Of a stretch of DNA of 64,000 nucleotides, positions 44,167 through 58,036 are shown one piece after another; position 1 is the stretch's first letter, and each line of letters opens with the position of its first letter. The stretch lies in contig CM022668.1 of the NCBI GenBank assembly GCA_012295275.1, positions 12,152,001 to 12,216,000 of the forward strand, in the 5' to 3' direction. A program made the translations under genes and the position numbers. Source of the DNA: Chrysomallon squamiferum (lineage: Eukaryota; Animalia; Mollusca). The notes beneath the pieces are model-generated. The model had not been told where the DNA came from. It worked only from the letters and a program-made list of their open reading frames with translations, and searched no databases.

Positions 44167-44507
44167 AGATTCTGAGAGAGGCCGCTCTGGCCCTGAAGAA
44201 CAGGGCGGGATATTCGAGACCTGTACACGCCCATCTTTCAAGAAACTGCCCCAGGACCAACAGGCTCAGGAGAAACAGACTGTTCGCTTCGACTGTCTCG
44301 TCTCCGGGAGACCACAACCAGACATGCTGTGGTTCCGAAACGGCGTGCAAATTCACAACGACGACAACCACAAAATCGTTGTCAACGAGGACGGCATACA
44401 TTCGCTGTTGTTCATGTCAGTGTCACGACACGATGCTGGGACGTACACCTGCATAGCGAGAAACAAAGCTGGAGAGGATACGTTTTCTGTGAATCTGAAT
44501 GTGTTAG
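44167..44507 (+). CDS. Exon, Ig12
   Basis: acacag/gtgagt, phase 2-1. Confidence 0.92.
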
Positions 44508-44509
44508 GT

Positions 44510-44915
44510 GAGTGTGGAATGTTAAATGGTATTGTACAGGGTTTATGTGGAATACGAATGGTATTGTACAGAGTATGAATGTGGAATGTTAAATGGTATT
44601 GTACAGAGTATGAATGTGGAATGTTAAATGGTATTGTACAGAGTATGAATGTGAAATGTTAAATGGTATTGTACAGAGTACGAATGTGGAATTTAAATGG
44701 TATTGTACAGAGTATGAATGTGGAATGTTAAATGGTATTGTACAGAGTACGAATGTGGCATGTTAAATGGTATTGTACAGAGTACGAATGTGGAATGTTA
44801 AATGGTATTGTACAGAGTACAAATGTGGAATGTTAAATGGTATTGTACAGGGTACGAATGTGGAATGTTAAATGGTATTGTACAGAGTACAAATGTAGAA
44901 TATGAATGGTATTTC
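44510..44915. repeat. Minisatellite, 35-bp unit, ~11 copies, starting at the donor
   Basis: GTGGAATGTTAAATGGTATTGTACAGAGTATGAAT. Confidence 0.9.
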
Positions 44916-45184
44916 ATGGTTTGAGAGTGTAAGTGATGATTGTTGTTGTAATGTTAAGTAAAATATGAATAATAAACTATGATATAGAGGAATATGAAAG
45001 GAATATTTGTGGTTATATTTTTTAAGCCTAGAAATATGATGAAAATTATTATTATTTATTTATTTATTTTTGTTTTTGTTTTTATTTTTTGTTTTATTTC
45101 TTTAATTTATTTCTTAATTAATTCTTTAAAAAATATAAATTAAAGAGCTTCAGTTCAAATTAATTTTTTAATATATGTCAGTAG

Positions 45185-45384
45185 TAATCCCTTTACTAAT
45201 ATATCAATTAATTATTTAATTAACAATAGTATTCATTTTATTACTAATATTGTTGTAAACAAATTTTTACCTGTAAAAATAATATCAAGGTGTAAAAAGA
45301 AATAAGAACAAATTTAATGTTTTATTGTTTAGATTTTTTGTGAAAAATTATTATTAACAAATATTTCTTTTGCTCAGAGTTTAA

Positions 45385-45420
<36 letters not shown>
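45185..45420 (+). repeat. Dispersed ~200-240-bp AT-rich repeat, copy 1
   Basis: Near-identical to 51530-51775; ends GCTCAGAGTT(TAAA)n. Confidence 0.85.
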
Positions 45421-45431
<11 letters not shown>

Positions 45432-45668
45432 ATAGATAAATACATAAATAAATAAATAAATGAGTATATCTTAAATATAAATTTAATTTAATTTCTTCTT
45501 TTTTAATTTTTTAAATTATAGTCTTTCCTTCCCTTTTATTTTTTTTTTTTATTTTATTTTTTTAACCTTATTACTTTATATTACTTTATATCACATATCC
45601 TTACTGTTACAAAACATTAATTTCTTTCTTACATTGTTTTAATCTGTATCACTGTTGTGTAAACTCAG

Positions 45669-45831
45669 AGAGAGAAGACATGCAGGTGCCTAAGTTCATT
45701 GAAAGACTTCAGAACTTCACTGTCAGAGAAGGTAACCCTGTCAGACTGACATGTCAGGCAACAGGTGTGCCAACACCAATGATGAGCTGGCAGAAAGACG
45801 GCAAAATGCTGACACCAAACATGCCATACAG
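45669..45831 (+). CDS. Exon, Ig13 N-half (VPKFIERLQNFTVREG...WQKDG)
   Basis: actcag/gtaact, phase 1-2. Confidence 0.92.
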
Positions 45832-45859
45832 GTAACTACATGTGTCATTTTAATTTTAA

Positions 45860-45905
<46 letters not shown>

Positions 45906-46256
45906 TAATTATATTTTGTTTTAGATTTTTTATGCTTAAAATTTCTGAATTTATATATATTTTAATATGGTTATTATTGTTGTTGATGTTGTTGTTATTA
46001 TTATTATTAATATCATTGTTATTATTATTATTATTATTTTTACAACATATTACTATTGTTGTTTTTAATATTATTAAATTCATTTTTTAAATTATTTTAT
46101 TTTTATAATTATTTACATTTTTATTTATTTCTATTTTTATTATTATTTTTTTTTATTTTATTTATATATTTAGTATTATTACATATTTTTAAATTAATTA
46201 ATTTTTAATTTCCTTTATTTAATTTCTATTTATTCATTCACAGTTGATTCACTTGT

Positions 46257-46296
<40 letters not shown>

Positions 46297-46457
46297 TAGC
46301 CTTATTTTAATTCATTATCATTTCATCTTAATTTCGTATGTTAATTAATTTTAAATCTAATATTTGTCATTTCACTTCACTAAGTCTTCAATGTTATCCA
46401 ATACCTTTTTTTTTTAAATGTTTCTAATAATAATATTAATGTTTTTATTTCATGTAG

Positions 46458-46588
46458 AATTGACAGTGACGGTGGTCGCAGTACACTGAATATCGATCGA
46501 GCGGAACCAACAGACTCGTCATGGTTCACTTGTCAGGCAATCAATGTGGCAGGAACCGCATCAACCAGAGCAAAACTGCTTGTTCAAG
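46458..46588 (+). CDS. Exon, Ig13 C-half (IDSDGGRSTL...WFTCQAINVAG)
   Basis: atgtag/gtaaaa, phase 2-1. Confidence 0.92.
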
Positions 46589-46675
46589 GTAAAATATTTG
46601 TCAAACACTGAAAACATAGAAATTGTTCTAGTCATCATGTCTTACCACTGTTTATAGTGATTGCAGGATGTGTGA

Positions 46676-46717
<42 letters not shown>

Positions 46718-46960
46718 TTGTGTATTTGTGTGTGTTTGTGTGAGTGTGTGTGTGTGTGTGTGTGTTTGTGTGTTTACATTTAATAAATAATCAAATAGAA
46801 ATTAATAACAACCTATAATATGCTAACTGCATTTGTTGAAATTGAATTATATTAATTCTAGGGGATTATGCACATACACACACAAAAATAAATTAAAAAA
46901 ATATAATAATAATAATAATAGTAATAATAAAGAAACAACAAGTAAATAAATAAATATATA

Positions 46961-47052
<92 letters not shown>

Positions 47053-47129
47053 CATATGAATTTATCTTGCATCCATTTTACTATATTAGACAATATTTAA
47101 TTAAAACATTCTTTTCTTCTTATTTTTAG

Positions 47130-47190
47130 TGGAAACTCGAAAAATGGAACCAGAGACAAAAATCAGTATTCCAAAGAGAGTTACCTCACC
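47130..47190 (+). CDS. Exon, linker (VETRKMEPETKISIPKRVTSP)
   Basis: ttttag/gtaagt, phase 1-2. Confidence 0.85.
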
Positions 47191-48459
47191 GTAAGTAAAA
47201 ATAAATATTTTAAATCTGAGAATTTCTTAGAATGTTTTATTTCCTTTCTTTTTCAGATGTACCCATGCGGAAACTTAGATAATGGATCAAACAATCTGAG
47301 TTTAAAAATATAAATAGATATATAGATAATGCAAAAGTGATTTTTTTTCCAGTTCAGTGATTTCTACAATATGTAAAAGTATTTTCTGTTTATTTCCTGC
47401 AGATTTTGGTACAGTTAGCAAAGACAGAAATCAGTATAATAATTTTATGCTAATGAAGATTATTTTAGCATTTTTCTTTATGGAAAATCTTTATTTTGTT
47501 GAATAAAGTTAATCAAAATATTTCTATATTTAAATTTCCAGGAAAATATAAATTTGGTAGCCAATAAATTAGTTTTTAGATAATTTTTTTGGTAATTAAT
47601 ACTTTATTATTATTATTATTATTATATCAGTGTCAAAAAAATTTTGAAACTAAAATATTTATAAAAGATTGAATATAAAACTATATATATATATCAACAG
47701 TAATAAAGGTAAACAAAAATAATTAGTGGCAAAAATCATAAATATAGAAAGTATTATGTTAAAAACTCTAAGTATAAATCCAATTAATAAAAATACCTTC
47801 AACATGTTAAAAAAAAAATAATAATAATAAAAAAAAAATAATCATTTTTATAAAGATACAGATAATTTCAATCAGTATGGCCAACATGTTCAACTATGTA
47901 CCAGAGAGAGAACTTTGTTTTAATTTACTATATGTGTCTTTTATAGTCCTTATTAGTGTTGAAATAATAATCTTATATTACACTGTTACACATTGTTATT
48001 ATCTGTTCTGTTTTGTTTATTAATATTATATCTGTATTAGAAATATATAGAATAATAATAATATGAATTTGCAGTTTGATTGGTTGTTTATATTTGTATC
48101 TGTGATACTGGTTTTTATAATAATTCATATAATGTAAATTTGCTACTTTCATATTTTTGAATTTATATTTGCACTTTATATATCAGTATAACTTTTGTAT
48201 AGTTGTTTTTAACAGCTTATATATATATATATATATGCAGCTGTCATTATTAATACTATAATTAATTGTTTCAACAGTGTCAATATTGTTTTTTTTTTAC
48301 TTTAAAGTGATATGTTCTTTTTATTTACTTGTTTTTATTTGTATTCAATTTCTTTAACTATAATAATAAACTTTCTAGAACATTTTTGATATTAGGTTTA
48401 AAGTTGTGGATTAAAAAAATAAAATAAATAGAAATATTTGTGAAAAAAACTTAATAAAA

Positions 48460-48494
<35 letters not shown>

Positions 48495-48765
48495 AATGAT
48501 AAACTAAGAAAATAAAAAATACATATATATAAATTTGTATCGATAAATAATTTTTACAATATTATTAATCAAAATAGAATATATTTATATACACAGGAAC
48601 AAAAAATAATACAAAATTTTATTAAAATAAATAAATAAAACAAAGCAATATATATATATATATTTGTAAATAAAATTAATCTAAATAAGATGAAGAAGTA
48701 ACTAATATGGAATACATTTCTGTATTACACCTCTGTTTATAAAACACATGGTTGCTTTCACACAG

Positions 48766-48867
48766 TCATTATGAAATACAACCAGTGGGTCCAGTACAGC
48801 AGATTTCTTACGTCACTAATGGCGACAGTGCAACTCTTCGCTTAATTCGGGAAGATGACGTTCAAAG
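48766..48867 (+). CDS. Cassette exon, module copy 1 (HYEIQPVGPVQQISYVTNGDSATLRLIREDDVQR)
   Basis: acacag/gtttga, 102 nt phase 2-2; absent from ORF track. Confidence 0.8.
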
Positions 48868-49324
48868 GTTTGACTCACTCCTTCATTGCATGGTGTGAGC
48901 ATAATGAAAAAAATAAATTAAAATTTTAAATTTTAAATTTTAAATTTAAAAATTTCCCTGTCCCTTATTTTAATATCAATTTTTTTTTTTTTTTTCTTTT
49001 TTAAATCTTGATTCCAAAGTAACATGTTTTGTTCTAAAACTTTTGCATGAATTTTAGTTGAAATTAAAAAAATTAAATTAGAAAATATCCGATTAAAATT
49101 TTGTTGAGTGTTTGTTAACAGTTCAGCTGTTTGTTACAAAGTGTTTGCATGGCTAGAAGACAGAAAATAACCCTTAGAAGTTTTTATAATTTTTATAATT
49201 TCTTTTTTAAAGTGATATTTATTTATTTATTTATTTGTTTATTTGTGTGTTCATTTATTTTTTATTAATTTATACTAATTCGTTATTTTATAATTGTTAT
49301 TATTGTTGTCAATATTGTTATAGT

Positions 49325-49357
<33 letters not shown>

Positions 49358-50245
49358 TTATTATTTCTATTTCTAAACATAGTTTTGTTCAATTTTTCAT
49401 ACTATTTCACAGGCATGTCTTCCTTCGATGTACAATTTTTTTGCTTTATTTAAAAATTCAGATTCACCAAAGTTCCATTTTTGTTATTACAAAGTTACAC
49501 TATGTTGTACTTTGATGCATGAATGTAATATTGTGTGTAAATGTAACATTGTAATAGGTAGCTTATAATGCAAAAATATTACTTTGTAATATATTACCTT
49601 CATAAGAATTTTTTGACCTTTGTGTTGTTGTTTTTTTGGGTTTGCTGTTGTTTTGTATGTTTTATTGTTCTGTGAATTTATATACATTATATGTTTGTTT
49701 TTTATATTACTTAAAATTTTGTTAATAATACTTTAATCATTTCATAATGTTGACATTTAGTGAATTTTGTAAACATCATTATTGTCAGTGTTACATTTTA
49801 TGCTCACATTTTTATTATGTTTTTCTCATGTTGTCATTTTAATACCAAAAGATTTTATTCTGTCAAAATCATCATTGTTTTTATTAATTTTTAATATTTC
49901 TGTTCATTAATGCTTGTTCTCATTTTTCAACATATCTTTTGTGATTTTCTTTTCCCAAAATATCACAAATAACAATTCTGTCCTTTTGCAATAATAATTT
50001 GTGAATTTCTACATACCCAAAATGCACATTATAACAATTTTCTTAATTTCCAATATTCTGATATGTGGTTCTGTAACCCCCAAAATATTCCTAATAACAA
50101 TTTTACCAATTTTTTAAATTCACTTGCCACATTCTTAACAGTCTTGTGATTAAAATATATCTTATTAATATGTATTCAACATCCATTAGTTTCGTGTGTG
50201 CAATAACAAAGATATCACACCCTGTGTTGTTTTGATTTTACACAG

Positions 50246-50353
50246 TTACTATGATATACAAGAGAGAGGCCCAGTACAGGAAATAAATTATGCCTCTGAA
50301 ACTGAGCGAGGCAGACTTAGAATAAAAACTCCCGAAGAGTTTGATAGAGAGAG
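50246..50353 (+). CDS. Cassette exon, module copy 2 (YYDIQERGPVQEINYASETERGRLRIKTPEEFDRER)
   Basis: acacag/gtttgt, 108 nt phase 2-2. Confidence 0.82.
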
Positions 50354-51529
50354 GTTTGTAGGAGCATGTAACTCTAGAAAGTTTGATAGATTTCAGAGGC
50401 ATGAGTTACGGTTCTTCATTTTCTTTTTTTCGTTTTATATTTTTATTTCTCTTTTTTTTTGTTTTTATTTTTTTTTTTTTTTTTATTTTTTATTTTATAA
50501 TTATTTTATTTTAGAGTGTTTTTATTTTGAATTTTGAATTCTTATTTTAGCTTTATTTTGTTTATTTATTTATTTATTTATTTATTTATTCTCGCTTCCA
50601 GTTTAAAATATATACCGCTACTTATAATGTATCCGTTATTTATTATTAATTATTATTAATCAAATTATTTATTTATTTGTTTATTTATTTATTTATTTAT
50701 TTATTATTAGTTTTTAATTATTATTATTTTCATAATATAACAGTTAGTTAACACTTTAATAACTGGAGAATGTTATCAAAACTTGCACAATGTTTATTTT
50801 TAATAATTTTATTGTTTTTATCTCTTTTACACATTATTATTTATTTATTAAAAAATAATCATGATAATAATAAAAGTTCGTAAAAGTTTAGAACATGAAT
50901 TCTGATTAGTTAATCAGTAGAATATTAATAACTGCATGAATATTAATATTAGTCATTTAAATCTTTTTATACAAAATTAGTCGTTTTTGAAACTGGATTT
51001 ATTTGAACTTGTATTTTTCATATTTAAGGAAGTTAAAAATATGATATTTAAATTTGTTCAAAAAGCAATATACATTTGTACAATTTTTAATACAATATAA
51101 ATATTTGAAGCCAAAGCTGGTCTGGTAAAAAAATAAAATAATTTTTTTATGTTAAATTATTAATTTTATCTTTATAATAAGAATAATTAAAATAAAATAA
51201 TAAATAATAAAATGAAATAAAATGAATTAAAAATTAATAAAGGTAATAAAAACATATCAATAAATAATTAATAAATAAACAAAAAACAAACAAAGAAACA
51301 TAATAAGGAAATGAATAAATAAATGCAAAAACAAAAAGAACATTTGACCTTTCATTATTCTTCCAATTAAAACAGTAAATATAATTTATTGAAACTATTG
51401 CAATTTTAAATAAAAAAATAATAAAAAATTACATTTTAACATGTATAACTTTATACTTAATTTTTTGATAAATAAAAATAAAATAAATAATTGTTTTATT
51501 ATTATTATTATTTATTTTTTTTGCATGGA

Positions 51530-51775
51530 TAATCCCTTTACTAATATATCAATTAATTATTTAATTAACAATAGTATTCATTTTATTACTAATATTACTG
51601 AAAACAAATTTTTACCTGTAAAAATAATATCAAGGTGTAAAAAGAAATAAGAACAAATTTAATGTTTTATTAAATAGATTTTTTGTGAAAGATTTTTGTT
51701 CTTTACATTTGTGGAGTTTGTTAAATATTATTAACAAATATTTCTTTTTGCTCAGAGTTTAATAAATAAATAAAT
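51530..51775 (+). repeat. Dispersed AT-rich repeat, copy 2
   Basis: Matches 45185-45420 with an extra ~35-bp internal segment. Confidence 0.85.
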
Positions 51776-52092
51776 AAAAAAAAAAATATGAATAAATAAA
51801 TAAAATAAATAAATAAATAAATAAATAATATATATATAATAAAATATATAAGTAAATAAATAATACAAACAAACAAAAATGGTAAACATAAGATTATAGT
51901 GTTGTATTATAATAGTTTTATTACTATTTTTAAATTTAGGAATGTTATTCAATTTTTATTTATATATTTAAAAAAAAAAAAATTCAAAAGAAATTCCATA
52001 CAGACAAAATATATTTAAATACGTTTTAAAAAATCTGAGCAAAACTATTGCTTGACTCTTGTGCTCAATTAACTTATCTCCCCTTTCTCTAG

Positions 52093-52242
52093 CATTTGCT
52101 CCGACATTTCTTCTTTTCTGTCCACCCCTCCGGTGACCTCCACCCCCCAGGAACGTGTGTTTGATTACCTGACTGTCTCACCCACCCAAACCCCCCTCTC
52201 TACCAGTCTGTCTTTGGAAGATTTTGGAATTTATAGCCAAAG
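52093..52242 (+). CDS. Cassette exon, Ser/Thr/Pro-rich (ICSDISSFLSTPPVTSTPQERVFDYLTVSPTQTPLSTSLSLEDFGIYSQR)
   Basis: ctctag/gtttgt, 150 nt open phase 2-2, GCATG just downstream; absent from ORF track. Confidence 0.65.
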
Positions 52243-52583
52243 GTTTGTAACAGCATGAGACGTTTTTAAAGAATAATTAAATAATAGTAAATCAGATAAG
52301 GAAATATTGTAGGGAGAAGAGGTTATACATGTTTTAAACATCTTAAAAGTCTCTGCAGTATCTCTTTTGTGTATTGTCTGTGTTGTGTGTGTTCGTGTGT
52401 GTGTGTGCATGAAAGATGTATTTGTGTGTATGTGTGTAAAGATAATCATAAAAATATAGTTTTCTTTTTTTTTTTTACTTATTTTAATTTTTGTTTATTA
52501 ATTTATATTATTATTATTATTATTACTGTTATTATTGTTATTTTATCATTATTTATTTTTATTTATTTATTTATTTGCTATTA

Positions 52584-52616
<33 letters not shown>

Positions 52617-52661
52617 TTATTTTATCATTATTTATTTTTATTTATTTATTTATTTGCTATT

Positions 52662-52692
<31 letters not shown>

Positions 52693-53221
52693 TTAATTTT
52701 TATTATTTTTATTTTTACACAAAATACAACCTTATTAATATTTTTCCTTATAAACTTTACACCATTAACCATTGTGATAATTATTTTTATCCTTTGTACC
52801 TTACACCGTCATTATACTTAAAATCAAAACTTTTCATAATATTAATAATCATTATTTATTCTGTTATCATTCCTTTAACTTAAAGTGGCATGTTTGTGAT
52901 CACAGATTTTGGTCCACTTTCTATTGTGTATAAAATATATTGATTTATATATCTGTATGTATGTGGGTGTGTGTTATATATTTATAAATATTATACATGT
53001 ACTTTGTTGTGAAATAATTATTATATATTTTTGAAGCTGTGTTATCTAACTTCTTGTTCACTTATTATAAAGTTGTATTTCACATATTAGTCACATTTTT
53101 TTATGTTCTTTTGCCATTATGTCCAAAATCATTTATATTTCATACATTAAAACAAATTATCGGGAAAAAAGAAAAAAAAAATTTAGAATATTAACTGATA
53201 TACACCACAAATAATTAACAG

Positions 53222-53599
53222 AATGCCAGCTGAACCAAAGGTTCCTGCAACTCCAATTAAACCACAAGCCAAACCACAACCACCACAAGCACCACCAACA
53301 CCAGTACAACCAGCACCATGTGCTCGCGAAATGGTGGCTCCCGTTGCCATGGAAACGGCGGAGGTTGAGGTTGAGGAGGAGCAGGAGGAGTACGTGACTC
53401 CGAGCGTTTCCGAAGCCAGAAAGATCTTCGAGAAACCCGAAGAGAAACCGTTGCCCATGCCTGGAAAAGTGCCCAAGGCTCAGGCTCTGCCTGCAGGTGC
53501 CAAGAAGCCTGAAGCACCACCACCACCCCCAACCCAAGAACCTAAGTTTGTTTCCACGGCAGCACCGAAAGCCAAGAAACCAAGGGAAAGATCACCAAG
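53222..53599 (+). CDS. Cassette exon, PEVK-like
   Basis: taacag/gtgact, 378 nt phase 2-2. Confidence 0.85.
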
Positions 53600-53753
53600 G
53601 TGACTGAGACTGGATTACCAAATATTTGAAATCAATGAAAATTTTTTGAGTAGAAAATGAGTTCAGTTTAAGAGAGTAATCATGGTCAGAGATGATATTA
53701 GTTTTATTTTATTTTATTTTTTTTAAATTATTATTATTATTATTATTAAATTT

Positions 53754-53799
<46 letters not shown>

Positions 53800-54073
53800 G
53801 CATTTTTTAATTTTTTTTGCTGTTATTACCATTTTTCTATAAAGTATATGACTAGATTAGTATCGGATATACTATATAATAATACATTTAAATTATTTTT
53901 TTTTTTTTACTTTTTCCAATAATTTATGAACACAAAATTATTATTATCATTTTTATTATAATTTTCCTATTATTATTATAACATTCCAAATGTAATATTA
54001 CAACTCTGACCTACACAACAAAATTTTTTGGGTCCTGAGTTTTGGTTTTAATCTGGTACTTGTCTGTGTCCAG

Positions 54074-54172
54074 TTACGACATTCAGGAAGAAGGTCCAGT
54101 ACAACAGATCAGTTACGCATCAGACACAGAAAGTGGTTACTTGAGACTGGTTGAGGAACCCGAGTTACCGAG
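54074..54172 (+). CDS. Cassette exon, module copy 3 (YDIQEEGPVQQISYASDTESGYLRLVEEPELPR)
   Basis: gtccag/gttggt, 99 nt phase 2-2. Confidence 0.85.
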
Positions 54173-54336
54173 GTTGGTTACCAGTCTATCACACTGTCCA
54201 TTGACTGCAGATTGTCGTAGATGGATTTTTGTCTAGATGTTTGGATGTCCTAACATAAATGGATTTTGTCATGAATCTTGGATTGTCATAACAAAGATGG
54301 ATTTGTCATGGATTGTGGATTTTTGATTGTTTTAAA

Positions 54337-54413
<77 letters not shown>

Positions 54414-56346
54414 TTTTTATTTATTTATTTATTTATTTATTTATTTTAATTTGCTTTGCCTTAACAGATGCCTAGTTGCTGAGGGAATTTTTTTTTGTTT
54501 TTTAACATTAATTGATTTTGTGGATTTGCATAACATGAATGGATTTTTTACATAACTTAGATGCTGAGTATAAATTATAATGTAGGTGGATTTTCAGTTA
54601 TGAAGATGCTTCTTAATATCACAACAGAGCTGAGTTTTAAGCAAATAATTTTATTCCAGTTTATAAATATGTGTTTTGCATGGATGTAGAAGTTAAAATG
54701 GACTGAAAAGATAAATTTGCTTGGATTATTCAAATTCTGGATTCCGCAAGATTTTTAAAATTATCAGGAAATGCTTTGATGCTTATTGTAATTTGCATGA
54801 TAGAGAAAAGACCATCACATTGTTAATACTATATAATTTGCTGTTTCTAAACAGTGCAAAAAGTAAAGGAAAAACTGGACCATAGATTGATTTATGTTGA
54901 TTCTTCACCATACTGGACTGTGCAAATGTTATTTATTATTCAATAGGGATTTAAACTTGATAAAATGGGCAATCCCAAAGAAATAAGACTTATCTTTAAT
55001 ACCATGGTCTTTGGGATTTATAATATAGACTTTATTTTGTATTCAAACTTGAATTTATTGATTATAGACCTAATTATGACAAAATGGTCTCAAATTTGAT
55101 ATAAACAAACTTTGGTCTTGATTTTGATAAGATGGACATTTGGTTAAATAAATTACTTAAAATCTTAACAGCAGTTTAAAATATAATCCATTTAAATTTT
55201 ATAGTGCATGAATATAGCTTAATGTGGACATAATTAATTTAGTAATATTTGCCAGTAATAGATTTTGCATATTGATAAAGCAAATGATTGAAAAAGTGGC
55301 TTCATTTATTCAGGCTTTGTTTATGTGCATGATGATAGAAATTTGCACATTCAATGTTTTTTTAATTATATGGACTATGCAAATTGAGTTATAAATACGG
55401 AGAGTGGATTATGAAAAATTTGATCCAGATATTCAAGAAGACTCTACAAGGAAAAGTTTAGAATAATATACTGGGGAAAAAAACAGAAAGAAAGAAATAA
55501 CAAAATAAAGAACAAGAAGTTAATCCTGGATTTTTCAGTAGACAGTTCTCAAAACTGGATTACAAGATCTACATTAAAACCATTGAATAGAAAGAATATT
55601 GTTAAAGTATTATGTTTCAGATAAAAGAGAATTTTTAAAATGAAACTGATTTTCTTTCTGCTGTAAAATAACAGGAAAACATTGTCATAGCAGTGTCAAA
55701 ACAGTGTCACTTAATTTTTATTTATTTTTCACTGTTTATCAATATTCTGAAGTTTGTGAAGGCAGCTATAAACACTGAATAATTAATTGATAATTATTTA
55801 TGTCTTAATTAATTAATTAATTTATTTATTTAAAACATTTATTTGCATGAATTTATAGCATGAAAATCTAATCTTTAATTTATTACAAAATATTGTGATG
55901 CTTTTCAGAAACTGGAAATCAGAATTAAAAATGTAGTATTTTATTTATAAAATAAAAATTAAGCTGTGTGTTTTTTCTGAGCATGATTTTGCTATATTTG
56001 AATTTGTTTTTCACTATGTATGTATTAATGTATTAGATACCAATGTATTGTTTGTCAAAATATATCTGTAATTCTGTTAATATATTATTATTATTTCTTT
56101 TAACTGTAAAGAACATACACTTCTTTTCTATACTAGTTTATTTTTATATCCACATTTTTATCTTTACCATAAATATTTAATAAATATGTGCATTTGTTTA
56201 ACTTGATTCAATTTAAACTCTACACTTCTCAAAATATTTTTTGCAACAATATATATATTTTTTCTTATACTCAGTAAACTTCAAAGACATTTACAAACAA
56301 TTTTTATTAATTAATTATTTTATTTTATTTCATTTTATTTTACTAT

Positions 56347-56433
<87 letters not shown>

Positions 56434-56460
56434 TACCTGGTTGTTACCTGACTATTTCAG

Positions 56461-56517
56461 GAAACAAGCCATAGATCGGGCACCAAAACCAGAAGTTCCT
56501 TTTGTTCCAGAGAAAAG
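56461..56517 (+). CDS. Small cassette exon (KQAIDRAPKPEVPFVPEKR)
   Basis: tttcag/gtttct, 57 nt phase 2-2, TGCATG ~20 nt downstream. Confidence 0.75.
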
Positions 56518-56936
56518 GTTTCTAGTTTTACCTTTTCTGCATGACATCACCAAATTTCTTTTTCCCTGTAGCAGTTATTTATTTAGTAAAACAAAGATAT
56601 ACATTGTTTTCTTTATTAATAGTTTTAGTATTTGTAGAAAAGTTACACACTGTTTTCATACAGTTATACAATGTTTTAATTACTGATTATTATTTAATGT
56701 ATGTTGTATTGTTTGTTTGTCTAAATATATATTTTATACTGCATGTTTCATATATATATATATTCTGATTCTTCCCTATTAGTGGCAAATTATAGAATTA
56801 TTAATTAAACACCATTGTGACAAATATATATAAATATTCTTTGTAGAATTTACTGTCAATGTTTTCCCATGTAGCATGATGACAACATTAGTTGATTTCA
56901 TTACATTATTTTTCACTGAAATCATTGGATCCCTAG

Positions 56937-57794
56937 GATTGAACCAGAAACCCCTAGGGTTGCTCCTCGGGTGGCTCATAAACCACCACCACCACCACCA
57001 CCTACTTTGCCACCGAAACCAACACCCAAGGTGGTCATAGAACCGAAACCACAGTTCGTACCGAAACCACTAACTCCTGTCGCACCACCACCTCCAGCAG
57101 CAGTGGTGCAGAAACCACCAACTCCAGTGATAACAGCACCACCTCCTCCTGGGCTGGTGTTCAGACCAGTGGCACCACCACAACCACAACTACCACCACC
57201 ACCACCTGTGGTGGTGCAGAAGCCCAAACCACCACCACCACCACCACCACAGCCACAACCACCAGTAGTTCCAAAGGTGCCAGCACCTGTGGTTCACAAA
57301 CCACCTCCACCACCACCACCACCAGTTGAAAAGGCACCAGCTCCAGTGATTTTGCGGCCACCACCTCCACCAACAGCAGTTGTACCAAAGGCAGCTGCTC
57401 CTGTGGTTTTCAGGCCCGCACCACCATCACCTACAGTTGTACCAAAAGCTCCAGCGCCTATGGTATATAAGGCACCACCACCTGAACCAGTCAAACCATG
57501 GACTGCACCACCAGCCTTCAAACCACCACCACCATCACCTGAACCAATCAAACCATGGACTGCACCACCAGTGGTATACAAACCAGCAGCACCACCACCT
57601 GAACCAATTAAACCATGGACTGCACCACCACCATCACCTGAACCAATTAAACCATGGACTGCACCACCAGTGGTATACAAACCAGCACCACCACCACCAC
57701 CACCATCTGAACCAGTGAAACCTTGGACACAACCAGCACCAGAGGTTGCACCCAAGCCTAAGAAAGTGACACTGGTGGTACCAGGGAAAGAGAG
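56937..57794 (+). CDS. Large Pro/Ala/Val/Lys-rich cassette exon with EP[IV]KPWT repeats
   Basis: ccctag/gtgctg, 858 nt phase 2-2. Confidence 0.85.
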
Positions 57795-57986
57795 GTGCTG
57801 AATGAGTGTTTTTAAAAACAAAACAGTTTGCAGTGCTCTCATTGGACTAAAACAAGGAAATAACTGATTTTGATTGGCTGGAGTGAAACTTAACCACTTT
57901 TCAAAGCAACTAAGATCTGTTTGAAAGCTTAAACCGTTTCCTTCATTAATTTACCAACTTCATTTAATGCATTCCTCTTTTCTTGT

Positions 57987-58036
<50 letters not shown>

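Noticed and set aside
49412-49445. Possible microexon after TTTCACAG
   Set aside because: No phase-compatible donor found
56976-57842. Gly-rich minus-strand ORFs and a His-rich alternative-frame ORF
   Set aside because: Shadows of the CCA-rich Pro exon on the + strand
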